A DNA stretch of 64,000 nucleotides from Macrostomum lignano. Its lineage: Eukaryota. A program made the translations under genes and the position numbers. This document shows, one piece after another, positions 29,960 to 41,984 of the stretch. Under the pieces are notes generated by a model. It searched no databases and was not told the DNA's origin. It saw only the letters and a list, made by a program, of their open reading frames with translations. Position 1 is the stretch's first letter; each line of letters begins with the position of its first letter. The stretch is taken from NCBI GenBank assembly GCA_002269645.1, contig NIVC01002230.1, forward strand, positions 1 through 64,000, read 5' to 3'.

Positions 29960-30330
29960 GGTAGCCAATCAGAGACCGCGGAATTAGATGGTGAGGAGAG
30001 AGGTGGCTCAAGTGGGCCTGGCCAGCCAATCAGAAGAGATGGGAATGAGGTGGCTGTAAAAGTGTGTCTGGCCAACCAATCAGAAGAGATGAGGCCGGTG
30101 AGGTGGCTAACAGTGGACCTGACCAGCCAATCAGAAGAGATGGGAGTGAGGTGGCTGTAACAGTGGGCCTGCCAGCCAATCAGAAGAGATAGGGGTGAGG
30201 TGGCTGTAACAGTGGACCTGGCCAGCCAATCAGAAGAGATAGAAATGAGGTGGCTGTAACAATGAACCTGACCAGCCAATCAGAAGAGATAAGGGTGAGG
30301 TTGCTGTAACAGTGGGCCTGGCCAGCCAAT
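29960..30330. repeat. ~50-nt CCAAT-containing tandem repeat
   Basis: CCAATCAGAAGAGATGGGAGTGAGGTGGCTGTAACAGTGGGCCTGGCCAG-like units. Confidence 0.88.
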
Positions 30331-30944
30331 GATATCAACGAAAAATTCCTAAAATTAGCAATGAACTTTTATTGCAGTAAAAAAGCAATATGATACTTCA
30401 TCCCATCAGCTGATGTTGAATAAATGGGTTTTTCTGTTTGTGCAATGCTTTTTTCGCCCCGTAGTTTTTACCCAGCTTTCTAGCCACAGTGTTGGCTATT
30501 GCCAGTTCAGTATGCTTAATAATACCCCAGTGCTGTGTTTTTCGTATTTTCATAATCTCATTCGTCATGCTTGATTTGATGTACAATATTAATAGAGCTG
30601 TTTTAATCCTGTTTTGTAATTGAGTTTAAATTTTGCGCCTAATTTATGGCTGTATGTAAGATTTTAACTGAAAAAACTGATGCTTAAATTTTTCCAAGAG
30701 TTTCGATCAAATGCAGTGTTGTTTAAAACAAAATATATATCATACAGATGCAAAGATTTGTATCTGTGGGCTTTATTTTTGTGTGCTGGCTTCCTGTGAT
30801 TTATTCGTATTGCCTCGAATAATGTGGCACTTCTCTGAGTACTTTTAGTAGGCATAATAATTATCTAGATTAGAAGTCTGGCTGTAGATTTTTTAGTATG
30901 ACCTAGTCAACTCTTATTGTCTCTTATAGACTTTATTACACCCG

Positions 30945-31812
30945 TGTCTGTCCTCTGATTGGGCCACCCACCACCTCACTCCATATTCCTGTGTCCTGAT
31001 TGGACCGCTACCACCTCACTCCATATTCCTGTGTCCTGATTGGACCGCTACCACCTCACCCCTAATTTCTGTGTCTGATTGGACCGCTACCACCTCACTC
31101 CATATTCCTGTGTCCTGATTGGACCGCTACCACCTCACTCCATATTCCTGTGCCCTGATTGGACCGCTACCACCTCACTACATATTCCTGTGTCTTGATT
31201 GGACCGCTACCATCTCACTCCATATTCCTGTGTCCTGATTGGACCGCTACCATCTCACCCCATATTTCTGTGTCTGATTGGACCGCTACCACCTCACTCC
31301 ATATTCCTGTGTCTTGATTGGACCGCTACCATCTCACTCCATATTCCTGTGTCTTGATTGGACCGCTACCATCTCACTCCATATTCCTGTGTCCTGATTG
31401 GACCGCTACCACCTCACTCCATATTCCTGTGTCTTGATTGGACCGCTACCGCCTCACTCCATATTCCTGTGTCCTGATTGGACCGCTACCACCTCACTCC
31501 ATATTCCTGTGCCCTGATTGGACCGCTACCACCTCACTACATATTCATGTGTCTTGATTGGACCGCTACCATCTCACCCCATATTTCTGTGTCCTGATTG
31601 GACCGCTACCACCTCACTCCATATTCCTGTGTCCTGATTGGACCGCTACCATCTCACCCCATATTTCTGTGTCTGATTGGACCGCTACCACCTCACTCCA
31701 TATTCCTGTGTCCTGATTGGACCGCTACCACCTCACTCCATATTCCTGTGTCCTGATTGGACCGCTACCACCTCACTCCATATTCCTGTGTCCTGATTGG
31801 ACCGCTACCTTA
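30945..31812. repeat. 40-nt tandem repeat
   Basis: CTGATTGGACCGCTACCACCTCACTCCATATTCCTGTGTC units. Confidence 0.95.
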
Positions 31813-32021
31813 CTCCATTGTCCTAGAATGGGATCATGAAACTATGTTCCATGTTCAATAAATAGTTCAGTGTAACTGAACAATCCAAGCCTTATAACTG
31901 AGCCCAATCAATCGCATTGCAGCCGCATGGTTAGCAATAATTAACTGGCATATTGCTAACAGCCGCAGTCAGGCATATTATGCATCTATACCGGGCCAAG
32001 CACAAGAAGAAGTATAATCCC

Positions 32022-35000
32022 ATGGCCTTTCTAGACTGGACTAAGCGCTCAGATGTAAGTACTCGCTGATGTCCCGTGTGTGCGTATTCCTGCCGCAGCG
32101 TCCAGCTTTTCGCGTATTTATGCTAATAATTTCCCTTCTCTATATTTATGATATTAACCTACAGTGCTCATCGGTAAGCTGATATTTAAGTGCCTTAAAA
32201 TTGTTATATTCCAGTCATACTACTAATAGTGCTAATACAGCTAGTCAGCAGTGTAATAATTAATTGCTGATTTCAATATGCGCTTTTACTTGCACTTTAT
32301 GTTTTAAATGTAATAAATGTAATTTGAGGTCATAGTGAGTGGAGTAGCATGGGATCCGACTGGGGTGTATTTTGGGATCATAGTGAGTGGAGTATCATGA
32401 CTGGATCAGACTGGGGTGGGGAGTAGCATGGGATCAGACTGGGGGAGTAGCATGGGATCAGACTGGGGGAGTAGCATGGGATCAGACTGTGGGGGGAGTA
32501 GCATGGGATCAGACTGTGGGGGGAGTAGCATGGGATCAGACTGGGGGAGTAGCATGGGATCAGACTGGGGGAGTAGCATGGGATCAGACTGTGGGGGAGT
32601 AGCATGGGATCAGACTGGGGGAGTAGCATGGGATCAGACTGGGGGAGTAGCATGGGATCAGACTGTGGGGGAGTAGCATGGGATCAGACTGTGGGGGAGT
32701 AGCATGGGATCAGACTGGGGGAGTAGCATGGGATCAGACTGGGGGAGTAGCATGGGATCAGACTGTGGGGGGAGTAGCATGGGATCAGACTGGGGGAGTA
32801 GCATGGGATCAGACTGGGGGAGTAGCATGGGATCAGACTGTGGGGGGAGTAGCATGGGATCAGACTGGGTGGGGAGTAGCATGGGATCAGACTGGGTGGG
32901 GAGTAGCATGGGATCAGACTGTGGGGGGAGTAGCATGGGATCAGACTGGGTGGGGAGTAGCATGGGATCAGACTGTGGGGGGGAGTAGCATGGGATCAGA
33001 CTGGGTGGGGAGTAGCATGGGATCAGACTGGGGGAGTAGCATGGGATCAGACTGGGGGAGTAGCATGGGATCAGACTGTGGGGGGAGTAGCATGGGATCA
33101 GACTGTGGGGGGGAGTAGCATGGGATCAGACTGGGTGGGGAGTAGCATGGGATCAGACTGGGTGGGGAGTAGCATGGGATCAGACTGTGGGGGGGAGTAG
33201 CATGGGATCAGACTGGGTGGGGAGTAGCATGGGATCAGACTGTGGGGGGGAGTAGCATGGGATCAGACTGGGTGGGGAGTAGCATGGGATCAGACTGTGG
33301 GGGGAGTAGCATGGGATCAGACTGGGTGGGGAGTAGCATGGGATCAGACTGTGGGGGGGAGGTAGCATGCGATCAGACTGGGGGGTAGGTGGCATGGGAT
33401 TAGACTGGGGTGGGGAGTAGCATGGGATCGGACTGGGGGGAGTAGCATGGGATCGGACTGGGGGGAGTAGCATGGGATCAGACTGGGGGGAGTAGCATGG
33501 GATCAGACTGGGGGGAGTAGCATGGGATCGGACTGGGGAGAGTAGCATGGGATCAGAATGGGGGGGAGTAGCATGGGATCAGACTGGGGTGGGGAGTAGC
33601 ATGGGATCAATATTTTATTAGTAGTTTGAATATTTATTAATAACGGTCGTATTTATCCGGTTGGCCTAAATTGAGCATGAACCTAGTGTTGGAAATCATT
33701 GCCTCAATCAGCAAACTGGCTCATATGCTATCTGTTTTTCTTTATAATCTGTAAAATTATGGATTGTTCAGCTTATAGACGGCAAAAATCTGCGTTGATT
33801 TTTTTGCATAATTTACTTGTTTAAACGAGCGCGCGGCCAATTCACTATCAATACGGCCACTTTCTCCAATCCGCAGGCGTCATTCTTTCAGAAGCCGTCA
33901 GTTTATCACGCTCTAATCGTGATATTCCTAGAATTCTTCGCCTGGGGCCTGCTCACTAATCCCATGATCAACGTGCTCGAGGAGACGTTTCCGGCGCATA
34001 AATTCCTTATGAACGGCCTTATTCAAGGCGTGAAGGTGAGTAGCTTTTGAAGTTTGGGGCTTTTGAAGTTTAGATTCGAGCTTGTGAAGCTTCGAGCTTG
34101 TGAAGCTTCGAGCTTGTGAAGCTTCGAGCTTGTGAAGCTTCGAGCTTGTGAAGCTTCGAGCTTGTGAAGCTTCGAGCTTGTGAAGCTTCGAGCTTGTGAA
34201 GCTTCGAGCTTGTGAAGCTTCGAGCTTGTGAAGCTTCGAGCTTGTGAAGCTTCGAGCTTGTGAAGCTTCGAGCTTGTGAAGCTTCGAGCTTGTGAAGCTT
34301 CGAGCTTGTGAAGCTTCGAGCTTGTGAAGCTTCGAGCTTGTGAAGCTTCGAGCTTGTGAAGCTTCGAGCTTGTGAAGCTTCGAGCTTGTGAAGCTTCGAG
34401 CTTGTGAAGCTTCGAGCTTGTGAAGCTTCGAGCTTGTGAAGCTTCGAGCTTGTGAAGCTTCGAGCTTGTGAAGCTTCGAGCTTGTGAAGCTTCGAGCTTG
34501 TGAAGCTTCGAGCTTGTGAAGCTTCGAGCTTGTGAAGCTTCGAGCTTGTGAAGCTTCGAGCTTGTGAAGCTTCGAGCTTGTGAAGCTTCGAGCTTGTGAA
34601 GCTTCGAGCTTGTGAAGCTTCGAGCTTGTGAAGCTTCGAGCTTGTGAAGCTTCGAGCTTGTGAAGCTTCGAGCTTGTGAAGCTTCGAGCTTGTGAAGCTT
34701 CGAGCTTGTGAAGCTTCGAGCTTGTGAAGCTTCGAGCTTGTGAAGCTTCGAGCTTGTGAAGCTTCGAGCTTGTGAAGCTTCGAGCTTGTGAAGCTTCGAG
34801 CTTGTGAAGCTTCAGCTTGTGAAGCTTCGAGCTTGTGAAGCTTCGAGCTTGTGAAGCTTCGAGCTTGTGAAGCTTCGAGCTTGTGAAGCTTCGAGCTTGT
34901 GAAGCTTCGAGCTTGTGAAGCTTCGAGCTTGTAAAGCTTCGAGCTTGTGAAGCTTCGAGCTTGTGAAGCTTCGAGCTTGTAAAGTCTCAGCAAAATTGAT

Positions 35001-38000
35001 ACTCCAACTGATTGCTTCACAATTGATTGCTACTGAATAACAAGTAGTAGTTCAATAGCGTATGTACTGCGAAACTTAAAATCATTGCAGGGCTTCCTCT
35101 CCTTCCTGGCCGCTCCCCTGGTCGGCGCTCTGTCGGACGTGTTCGGCCGCAAAACTTTTCTATTGGTGACGGTGTTTTTCACCTGTTCCCCAATCCCCTT
35201 TATGCACGTGTCACACTGGTGGTACTTCACTTTGATCACCGTGTCCGGCATCTTCTCCGTCACCTTCTCCGTTGTGTTCGCCTACGTGTCGGACGTGACC
35301 ACCGAGGAGGACCGCAGCTGGGCCTACGGCCTCGTCTCGGCCAGCTTCGCTGCCAGCCTCATCACTTCTCCGGCAATTGGCGCCCACCTGGGCAAATTGT
35401 ATAGCGACAACTTTGTAGTGGCTCTGGCCACGTTTGTGGCTCTGCTGGACATCTTCTTTATACTGACAGTGAGACTGCGGGCTGCAATTCTTGAGCTTTG
35501 GGATTTTTACTCAGCTTTGAAACAGGCTGGAATCTCATAGTAAACATGCTTAAACAGGCTGGAATCTCATAGTAAACAGATGCATAAACAAGCTGGAATC
35601 TCATAGTAAACAGATGCATAAACAAGCTGGAATCTCATAGTAAACAGATGCATAAACAAGCTGCAACCTCATAGTAAACAGCTGCATAAACAAGCTGGAA
35701 TCTCATAGTAAACAGATGCATAAACAAGCTGGAATCTCATAGTAAACAGATGCATAAACAAGCTGGAATCTCATAGTAAACAGATGCATAAACAAGCTGG
35801 AATCTCATAGTAAACAGATGCATAAACAAGCTGGAATCTCATAGTAAACAGATGCATAAACAAGCTGCAACCTCATAGTAAACAGATGCATAAACAGGCT
35901 GCAATCCCACTGTAAACAGATGCATAAACAGGCTGCAATCCCACTGTAAACAGATGCATAAACAGGCTGCAATCCCATAGTAAACAGATGCTTAAACAGG
36001 CTGCAATCCCATAGTAAACAGATGCATAAACAGGCTGCAATCCCACTGTAAACAGATGCATAAACAGGCTGCAATCCCACTGTAAACAAATGCATAAACA
36101 GGCTGGAATCTCATAGTAAACAGATGCTTAAACAGGCTATAAAGTCGGACAATAAAAGCCGGAATCGAACCCCCGCCCGCAGGTGGTGCCGGAGTCCCTA
36201 TCAGAGAAGAACCGCTGCGTTGCCTGGGGCTCGCAGATCAGCTGGGCCAAGGCCGATCCGTTCTCCTCGCTGCGCAAGATGGGCGCCGACCAGCTCATTC
36301 TGATGCTGTGCATCACCACCTTTCTGAGCTACCTGCCCGAGGCTGGCGAGTACACCTGCTTCTTTGTCTACCTTCGCCTCATCATGGGCTTCTCAGAGGA
36401 GGGCGTGGCGTATTTCATCTGCGTTGTGGGCATTCTGTCCTGCATTGCCCAGACAGCCGGCCTGAGCTTTTTAATCAAGCACTGCGGCCCGAAGCGGACA
36501 ATCATGATTGGCCTGGTGTTCCACATGCTGCAGATGGGCATCTACGGATTCTCCTCCCAGACTTTCCTGCTCTGGCTGGCCGGCTGCCTGGCCGCTCTGG
36601 GCAGCATCACCTACCCGGCCATCTCCGCCTTCGTGTCCAACCACGCCGAGCAGGACCAGCAGGGCGTCGCCCAGGGCATCCTGACCGGCATCCGCGGCCT
36701 GTGCAACGGCCTCGGCCCGGCCCTGTTCGGCTTCATCTTCTACGTGTTCGAGGTGGACTTAAACGACGCGCCTAAAATGGCCTCCTCGCCGCTCATTCCC
36801 GGCCTGGCTGGCGCCGCCAATCGGACTGCAGCTGCTACGGTTGGTCTGCTTCTTTTAGGGGTGTCTGACTTGCGTCTGCCTTGTGTCTGCTTGTGTCCTT
36901 CTAGACTTCTAGTGTCCTTCTCTGCTGTCTTTTTCTCTGTCTGCCTGCCTGTCTATCTGTCTGTCTGTTTCTGTTTGTCTGTCTGTTTGTCTGTATGTCT
37001 GTCTGTCCATCTGTTACTTAATCCATGCCTCCCAGGCTATCTAGCATCCAATTCTACAGAGGTTTAAATATCCATTAATTTTCCAAATCCCAATAGGTTA
37101 AATCAGTAGAGACTGTTTTGATTTGCTGTTGGGCAGCCCATATTATACGACAAGGATTTTATCTGCCATAAATTTCCAGGTCGCATCGGCAGGCGTCACC
37201 GCCCTGAGCTGGCAGCAGCGAATGCACAACTTCAACAAGGCCATCATGCCAGGCCCGCCGTTCGCTTTCGGAGCCGTGCTGGTGCTGCTGGCCATCCTTG
37301 TGTCCGTGCTGATCCCCGACAACCCGCACTCCAGCATCAACATCAGCGTTAAGCCGGGCGACGGGCACAGGCGGACGCCCAGCTTAGTTATTAATTATCA
37401 CAGATTGGGTGAGTGCCTGACCCCCGATTCTCTGTATCTGACATCCTATTCACAGCATCTGACACCCTATTCACAGTATCTGACACCCTATTCACAGCAT
37501 CTGACACCCTATTCACAGTATCTGACACCATATTCACAGTATCTGACACCCTATTCACAGTATCTGACATCCTATTCACAGCATCTGACACCCTATTCAC
37601 AGTATCTGACACCATATTCACAGTATCTGACACCCTATTCGTAGTATCTGACACCCTATTCACAGTATCTGACACCATATTCACAGTATCTGACACACTA
37701 TTCACAGTATCTGACACACTATTCACAGTATCTGACACCCTATTCACAGTATCTGACATCCTATTCACAATATCTGACATCCTATTCATAGTATCTGACA
37801 CCCTATTCATAGTATCTGACATCGTATTCACAGTATCTGACACTATTCACAGTATCTGACACACTATTCACAGTATCTGACATCCTATTCACAGTATCTG
37901 ACACCCTATTCACAGTATCTGACACCCTATTCACAGTCTCTGACACCCTATTCACAGTATCTGACACCCTATTCACAGTATCTGACACCCTATTCACAGT

Positions 38001-38241
38001 ATCTGACACCCTATTCACAGCATCTGACACCCTATTCATAGTATCTGACACCCTATTCACAGTCTCTGACACCCTATTCACAGTATCTGACACCCTCTCT
38101 TCAGTGCCCTGAAAATCCAATATTAAAAAATTTTCAGCCACTGACGATGACGATCCCGAGCAGCAGGCGGCGACCTCGGCGACTTCGGCAGCCACCGCAG
38201 GCTCGTCATCCGCTGGCGCCGGGGCCTCTTCGAGCAGTTGA
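32022..38241 (+). CDS. MFSD14: MFSD14/HIAT1 major facilitator superfamily transporter, 519 aa; exons 32022-32054, 33877-34035, 35091-35468, 36183-36839, 37180-37408, 38138-38241
   Basis: PSVYHALIVIFLEFFAWGLLT, LMNGLIQGVKGFLSFLAAPLVGALSDVFGRK, VPESL, SYLPEAG, QQGVAQGILTGIRGLCNGLGPAL, MPGPPFAFGA. All junctions GT-AG and in phase. Exon 1 (MAFLDWTKRSD, GTAAGT donor) is inferred and less certain. Confidence 0.93.
32335..33610. repeat. 24-27-nt G-rich minisatellite, MFSD14 intron 1
   Basis: GAGTAGCATGGGATCAGACT(GT)GGGG units with variable G-run. Confidence 0.95.
34075..34982. repeat. 16-nt quasi-palindromic minisatellite, MFSD14 intron 2
   Basis: (AAGCTTCGAGCTTGTG)n, roughly 55 nearly identical copies. 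Confidence 0.97.
35500..36138. repeat. 34-nt minisatellite, MFSD14 intron 3
   Basis: GCTGGAATCTCATAGTAAACAGATGCATAAACAA units. Confidence 0.93.
37430..38095. repeat. 21-nt minisatellite, MFSD14 intron 5
   Basis: ATTCACAGTATCTGACACCCT units. Confidence 0.95.
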
Positions 38242-38984
38242 ACAGGATTCAGTTTGATTTGAAGTTTTTTATGTCAAACCGGCTATTTCTCTTTGCTTAA
38301 CCGTTGCTTTGATTCAATTTTGTAAGCCAGGTTCGACCTCAGTTCGAAAGGATTTGAATTTTAAACAGAGCTCTTTCCGCTTATTTGAAAGAATTATCAA
38401 TTGCGCTTGTAAGTTCAGAACAGATGTTATTTTCCGCTCACTACGAAGATGCTTCAAAACAGTGCATAAAAAATTAACCGCTGCGTGCTTCTCCGCCCCA
38501 GCATTCCAGCCTCATCATCATCATTCTGCATACGTGTATAATTTTATATCATTCACGTTTTGGTCCGCGGTATTTTGGTTTCCGGGTTAATTAATTCATT
38601 TGTTTGTACATTTTATCTGTGTAGGTAGGACTGTCTTCATTCATTTTGGCTTATATTTGCTTTGCAATTGAGGATTTATTAAATATTGAAATTATTCTCG
38701 TTGATTTTCATGTTCTTTTTGGCACAGGCATTCTTTACTGCGTTTGATTTGTTTGAGTTTCTTGTGAAAGCCCGTCTACTGCAAAACTGCCAGCTTGCTG
38801 CCGTTTCCGAACTCTAATTGCTTCCTCTCTGGCTGCCTTGCACGGGCACCCGATTGAAACAAAAAATCGACTGCGCAACTTAATTATCATTACACCTGTC
38901 TGTATTGATAGTCTGTTATTTATCCGCGAACGAAGCCGCCGCCGTGCAAATTGGGACTTTGTGACAATTCCTACTTAAAGCATT

Positions 38985-39860
38985 TCGGATTCCCATCGAC
39001 ACTGAGGATGCCCTTGAACTCGGAATTCCCATCGACACTAGGGATTTCCCTTTAACTCGGAATTCCCATCGACACTAGGGATTCCCTTAACTCGGAATTC
39101 TATCGACACTAGGGATTCCCCTTAACTCGGAATTCCCATTGACACTAGGGATTTCCCTTTAACTCGGAATTCCCATCGACACTAGGGATTTCCCTTTAAC
39201 TCGGAATTCCCATCGACACTAGGGATTCCCTTAACTCGGAATTCTATCGACACTAGGGATTCCCCTTAACTCGGAATTCCCATCGACACTAGGGATTCCC
39301 TTAACTCGGAATTCTATTGACACTAGGGATTCCCCTTAACTCGGAATTCCCATTGACACTAGGGATTTCCCTTAACTCGGAATTCCCATCGACACTAGGG
39401 GTTCCCCTTAACTCGGAATTCCCATTGACACTAGAGATTTCCCTTAACTCGGAATTCCCATTGACACTAGGGATTTCCCTTAACTCGGAATTCCCATTGA
39501 CACTAGGGAATTTCCCTTAACTCGGAATTCCCATCGACACTAGGGATTCCCCTTAACTCGGAATTCCCATCGACACTAGGGATTTCCCTTAACTCGGAAT
39601 TCCCATCGACACTAGGGGTTCCCCTTAACTCGGAATTCCCATTGACACTAGAGATTTCCCTTAACTCGGAATTCTATCGACACTAAGGATTCCGCTTAAA
39701 ATCGGAATTCCTATCCACACTGGGGGTTCCCCTTAACTCGGAATTCCCATCGACACTAGGGATTCCCCTTAAACTCGTAATTCCCATCGACACTGGGGGT
39801 TCCCCTAACTCGGAATTATCATTGACAGTAGGGATTCCCCTTTAACTCGGAATTCCGATC
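38985..39860. repeat. ~36-nt minisatellite
   Basis: AACTCGGAATTCCCATCGACACTAGGGATTCCCCTT units. Confidence 0.94.
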
Positions 39861-40838
39861 AAAATTTAGGTTTCCCTAGAAATCAGGGATTCCCCTAAAC
39901 CCCGCTGGAATTCCGAGTCTACGATATGCACTGTGCCTTCATTCATTTACAAGTAACTTTAAACCTTTGTAATGCATATCTTTATTGCTTGACTTTAAGT
40001 TAGTTGGCAGTAAAACAGTTGGTAGGATTAAGGAACATTTCTTGGAATATTCTCGAGCCTTTTAATTCTTCCCAATTTTTTTCTTCGCTTGGTTTTTCGC
40101 ATCCCTCTAGGCGTTTCCTAAAGCTACGCAGATCTTACGTTGGTTAATTTTTTATGCTTCTCCCGCCCTCTTTCTGTTCAATATTTTTGTATAAAGTTGC
40201 TGATTGTAAGTTCCCGCTGGTGTCTGGTACATATTGATGTTGACAGCCAAAAAAGCGTTGAAAGTACAAGCTGAACTCTCGCTAACTTAACACTTGTGTT
40301 GTTTGATTTTTCATCATTTTTAATTTCAATTCAGTTTTCCAGTTACGAGTAACTCTATGGATTTCTTTAGTGCAGCTTAAAATATATACTCGTAGTGCTA
40401 CGTATGTTAGGATGGCGTTTCTTGAGTTTAGATTTTTAGCTCACAAATTCATAAATAATAAGGCTTGTACTACTACTATTACTTATACTACTACTACTAC
40501 TGCTAATATTACTACTACTAGTACTACTACTACCAAAGAGACTCAAATAATAAAATATTTTTTGAAAATCCCATGTTACGAACTACTGCCACTTCTAAAG
40601 TTGTATGTAAACCTATATAATTAGCAACTATCTAATTTTTGGTGAAAAATGCGTTCCCTTATAGAACGATTTTTAACAAAATTAGCCAATTAGGCCGATG
40701 CCCGTTCACTCTGTTCTTCTCTCCTTTTAAAATAAGTTTGATATAGTGCGACACAGTAAGATAAAATATAGGTGCAAAAAAAATTAGTTGCTGCCGCCAC
40801 AATGAGCTCCTGAGCCTTTCACTGCCCAATCCAATCTT

Positions 40839-41666
40839 ATGGCACCCCTGCGCCTCTGCACCCTCCCGGTTGGCTGCAGCCGCCTCGCCGCTCCCTTGGC
40901 CGGCCTGCTCAGGCGAGCTGCCTTCTCCAGCTCCTCTGCGCGGTTCCACGTCGCCGCGTCTGACGCAGCAGAGAGCTCCTCGCCGCCCCAGCAGCCTCAG
41001 CAGAATATCCGTCGAGTAGCCTTGGACTTCAACGAAGTTCGTCTAGTCGGTCGAGTCTCCAAGGTGCTGAATTTGAGCGCCCAGTGGGCCTCGTTCCTGC
41101 TGTCAACTCAGAACCAGCGCCTGGTCCGGCCGGCGGAGCCCGGCAACGACCAGCAGCCGCAGGTCCGGCAGGAGCGAATCTCCCACCTGGTGATCGCGCG
41201 GACCGCCGGCCCCGGCAGAGCGGCCGGCCTGGCCGATGGCGAGTTCGAAGGCGGCGGCTCCGCTCAGGCTGGCGAGCCGGACTGGCAGCAGCACCTGTAC
41301 CCGGGCAGCCGGGTCGAGGTGGTCGGCCACCTGGCTAATCGGTTTGTTCGTCGGCCGGCTGGCGACGAAGCCACCAACGCCGTCGATGGCCAGCAGCAGC
41401 AGCAGCAGCAGCCTGACCGGCCGCAGTTCGAGCCGGTGATTCGAATGACCCGACTCGCCCCCATAGCCAATTCGGGTGTTGGCGGCTCCTTTGCTGACCA
41501 GCGCCAGCCGCAGCGGCAGTGGAGGCAGCGCCGCGATCGCGACAGCTGGGACGATGGCGACGACTCTGGCGAAGGCAGGCGCGGCGGCTCTGACCGCTCC
41601 AGTCGATCGGGCGGTCGGGCCGCGGATGATCGGGACCCCTGGTCGAAGCCGGCCGAGGGCAACTGA
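40839..41666 (+). CDS. divergent SSB-family OB-fold protein A (mtSSB-like), single exon, 275 aa, with presequence-like N-terminus and R/G/D-rich tail
   Basis: Arg/Leu/Ala/Ser-rich leader with no acidic residue in the first ~40 aa. DFNEVRLVGRV resembles SSBP1 LNRVHLLGRV; FLLST resembles FSLAT; SHLVIA resembles WHRISV; GSRVEVVGHL resembles GSRIYLEGKI. GC-rich codon usage like the neighbouring genes. Confidence 0.75.
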   Translation: MAPLRLCTLPVGCSRLAAPLAGLLRRAAFSSSSARFHVAASDAAESSSPPQQPQQNIRRVALDFNEVRLVGRVSKVLNLSAQWASFLLSTQNQRLVRPAEPGNDQQPQVRQERISHLVIARTAGPGRAAGLADGEFEGGGSAQAGEPDWQQHLYPGSRVEVVGHLANRFVRRPAGDEATNAVDGQQQQQQQPDRPQFEPVIRMTRLAPIANSGVGGSFADQRQPQRQWRQRRDRDSWDDGDDSGEGRRGGSDRSSRSGGRAADDRDPWSKPAEGN

Positions 41667-41984
41667 TGCGGTCGCATTTCGATGATTTTTTTTGTTTTAC
41701 TAGGGAGGGGAGTGTTTAATCTAAGCCTGATGATTACGTAGGTTTCAAATTTCGACGCGTATAAAAATAAGAACAACAAGATGCTTCAATACTACTCATA
41801 AGCAAAACAATATTGGCGAGCATTTCTTCAAACTTTACCCGCCTGGAGTCATGCAAAAATATTGTTATATTGGCCTCGTATATATTGATCTATTAATATA
41901 TAACTGTTGCATTGCACAGGCTTTTTAGTTAGAATAACTGCGTTAGTTTTATAATTGCTTTATAATCTATTTCTTTTCTGAGGA

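Noticed and set aside
34070-35020. 316-aa minus-strand ORF (KLEASQARSFTSSKLH)n
   Set aside because: 16-nt intronic repeat antisense to MFSD14
37409-37644. In-frame read-through of MFSD14 exon 5 into (YLTPYSQ)n repeats as an alternative C-terminus
   Set aside because: A strong GTGAGT donor and an in-phase downstream exon explain the gene. The open frame is expected from a 21-nt stop-free unit.
40802-40813. Tiny upstream ORF ATG AGC TCC TGA before SSB-like A
   Set aside because: Too short to distinguish from chance without 5'-end data
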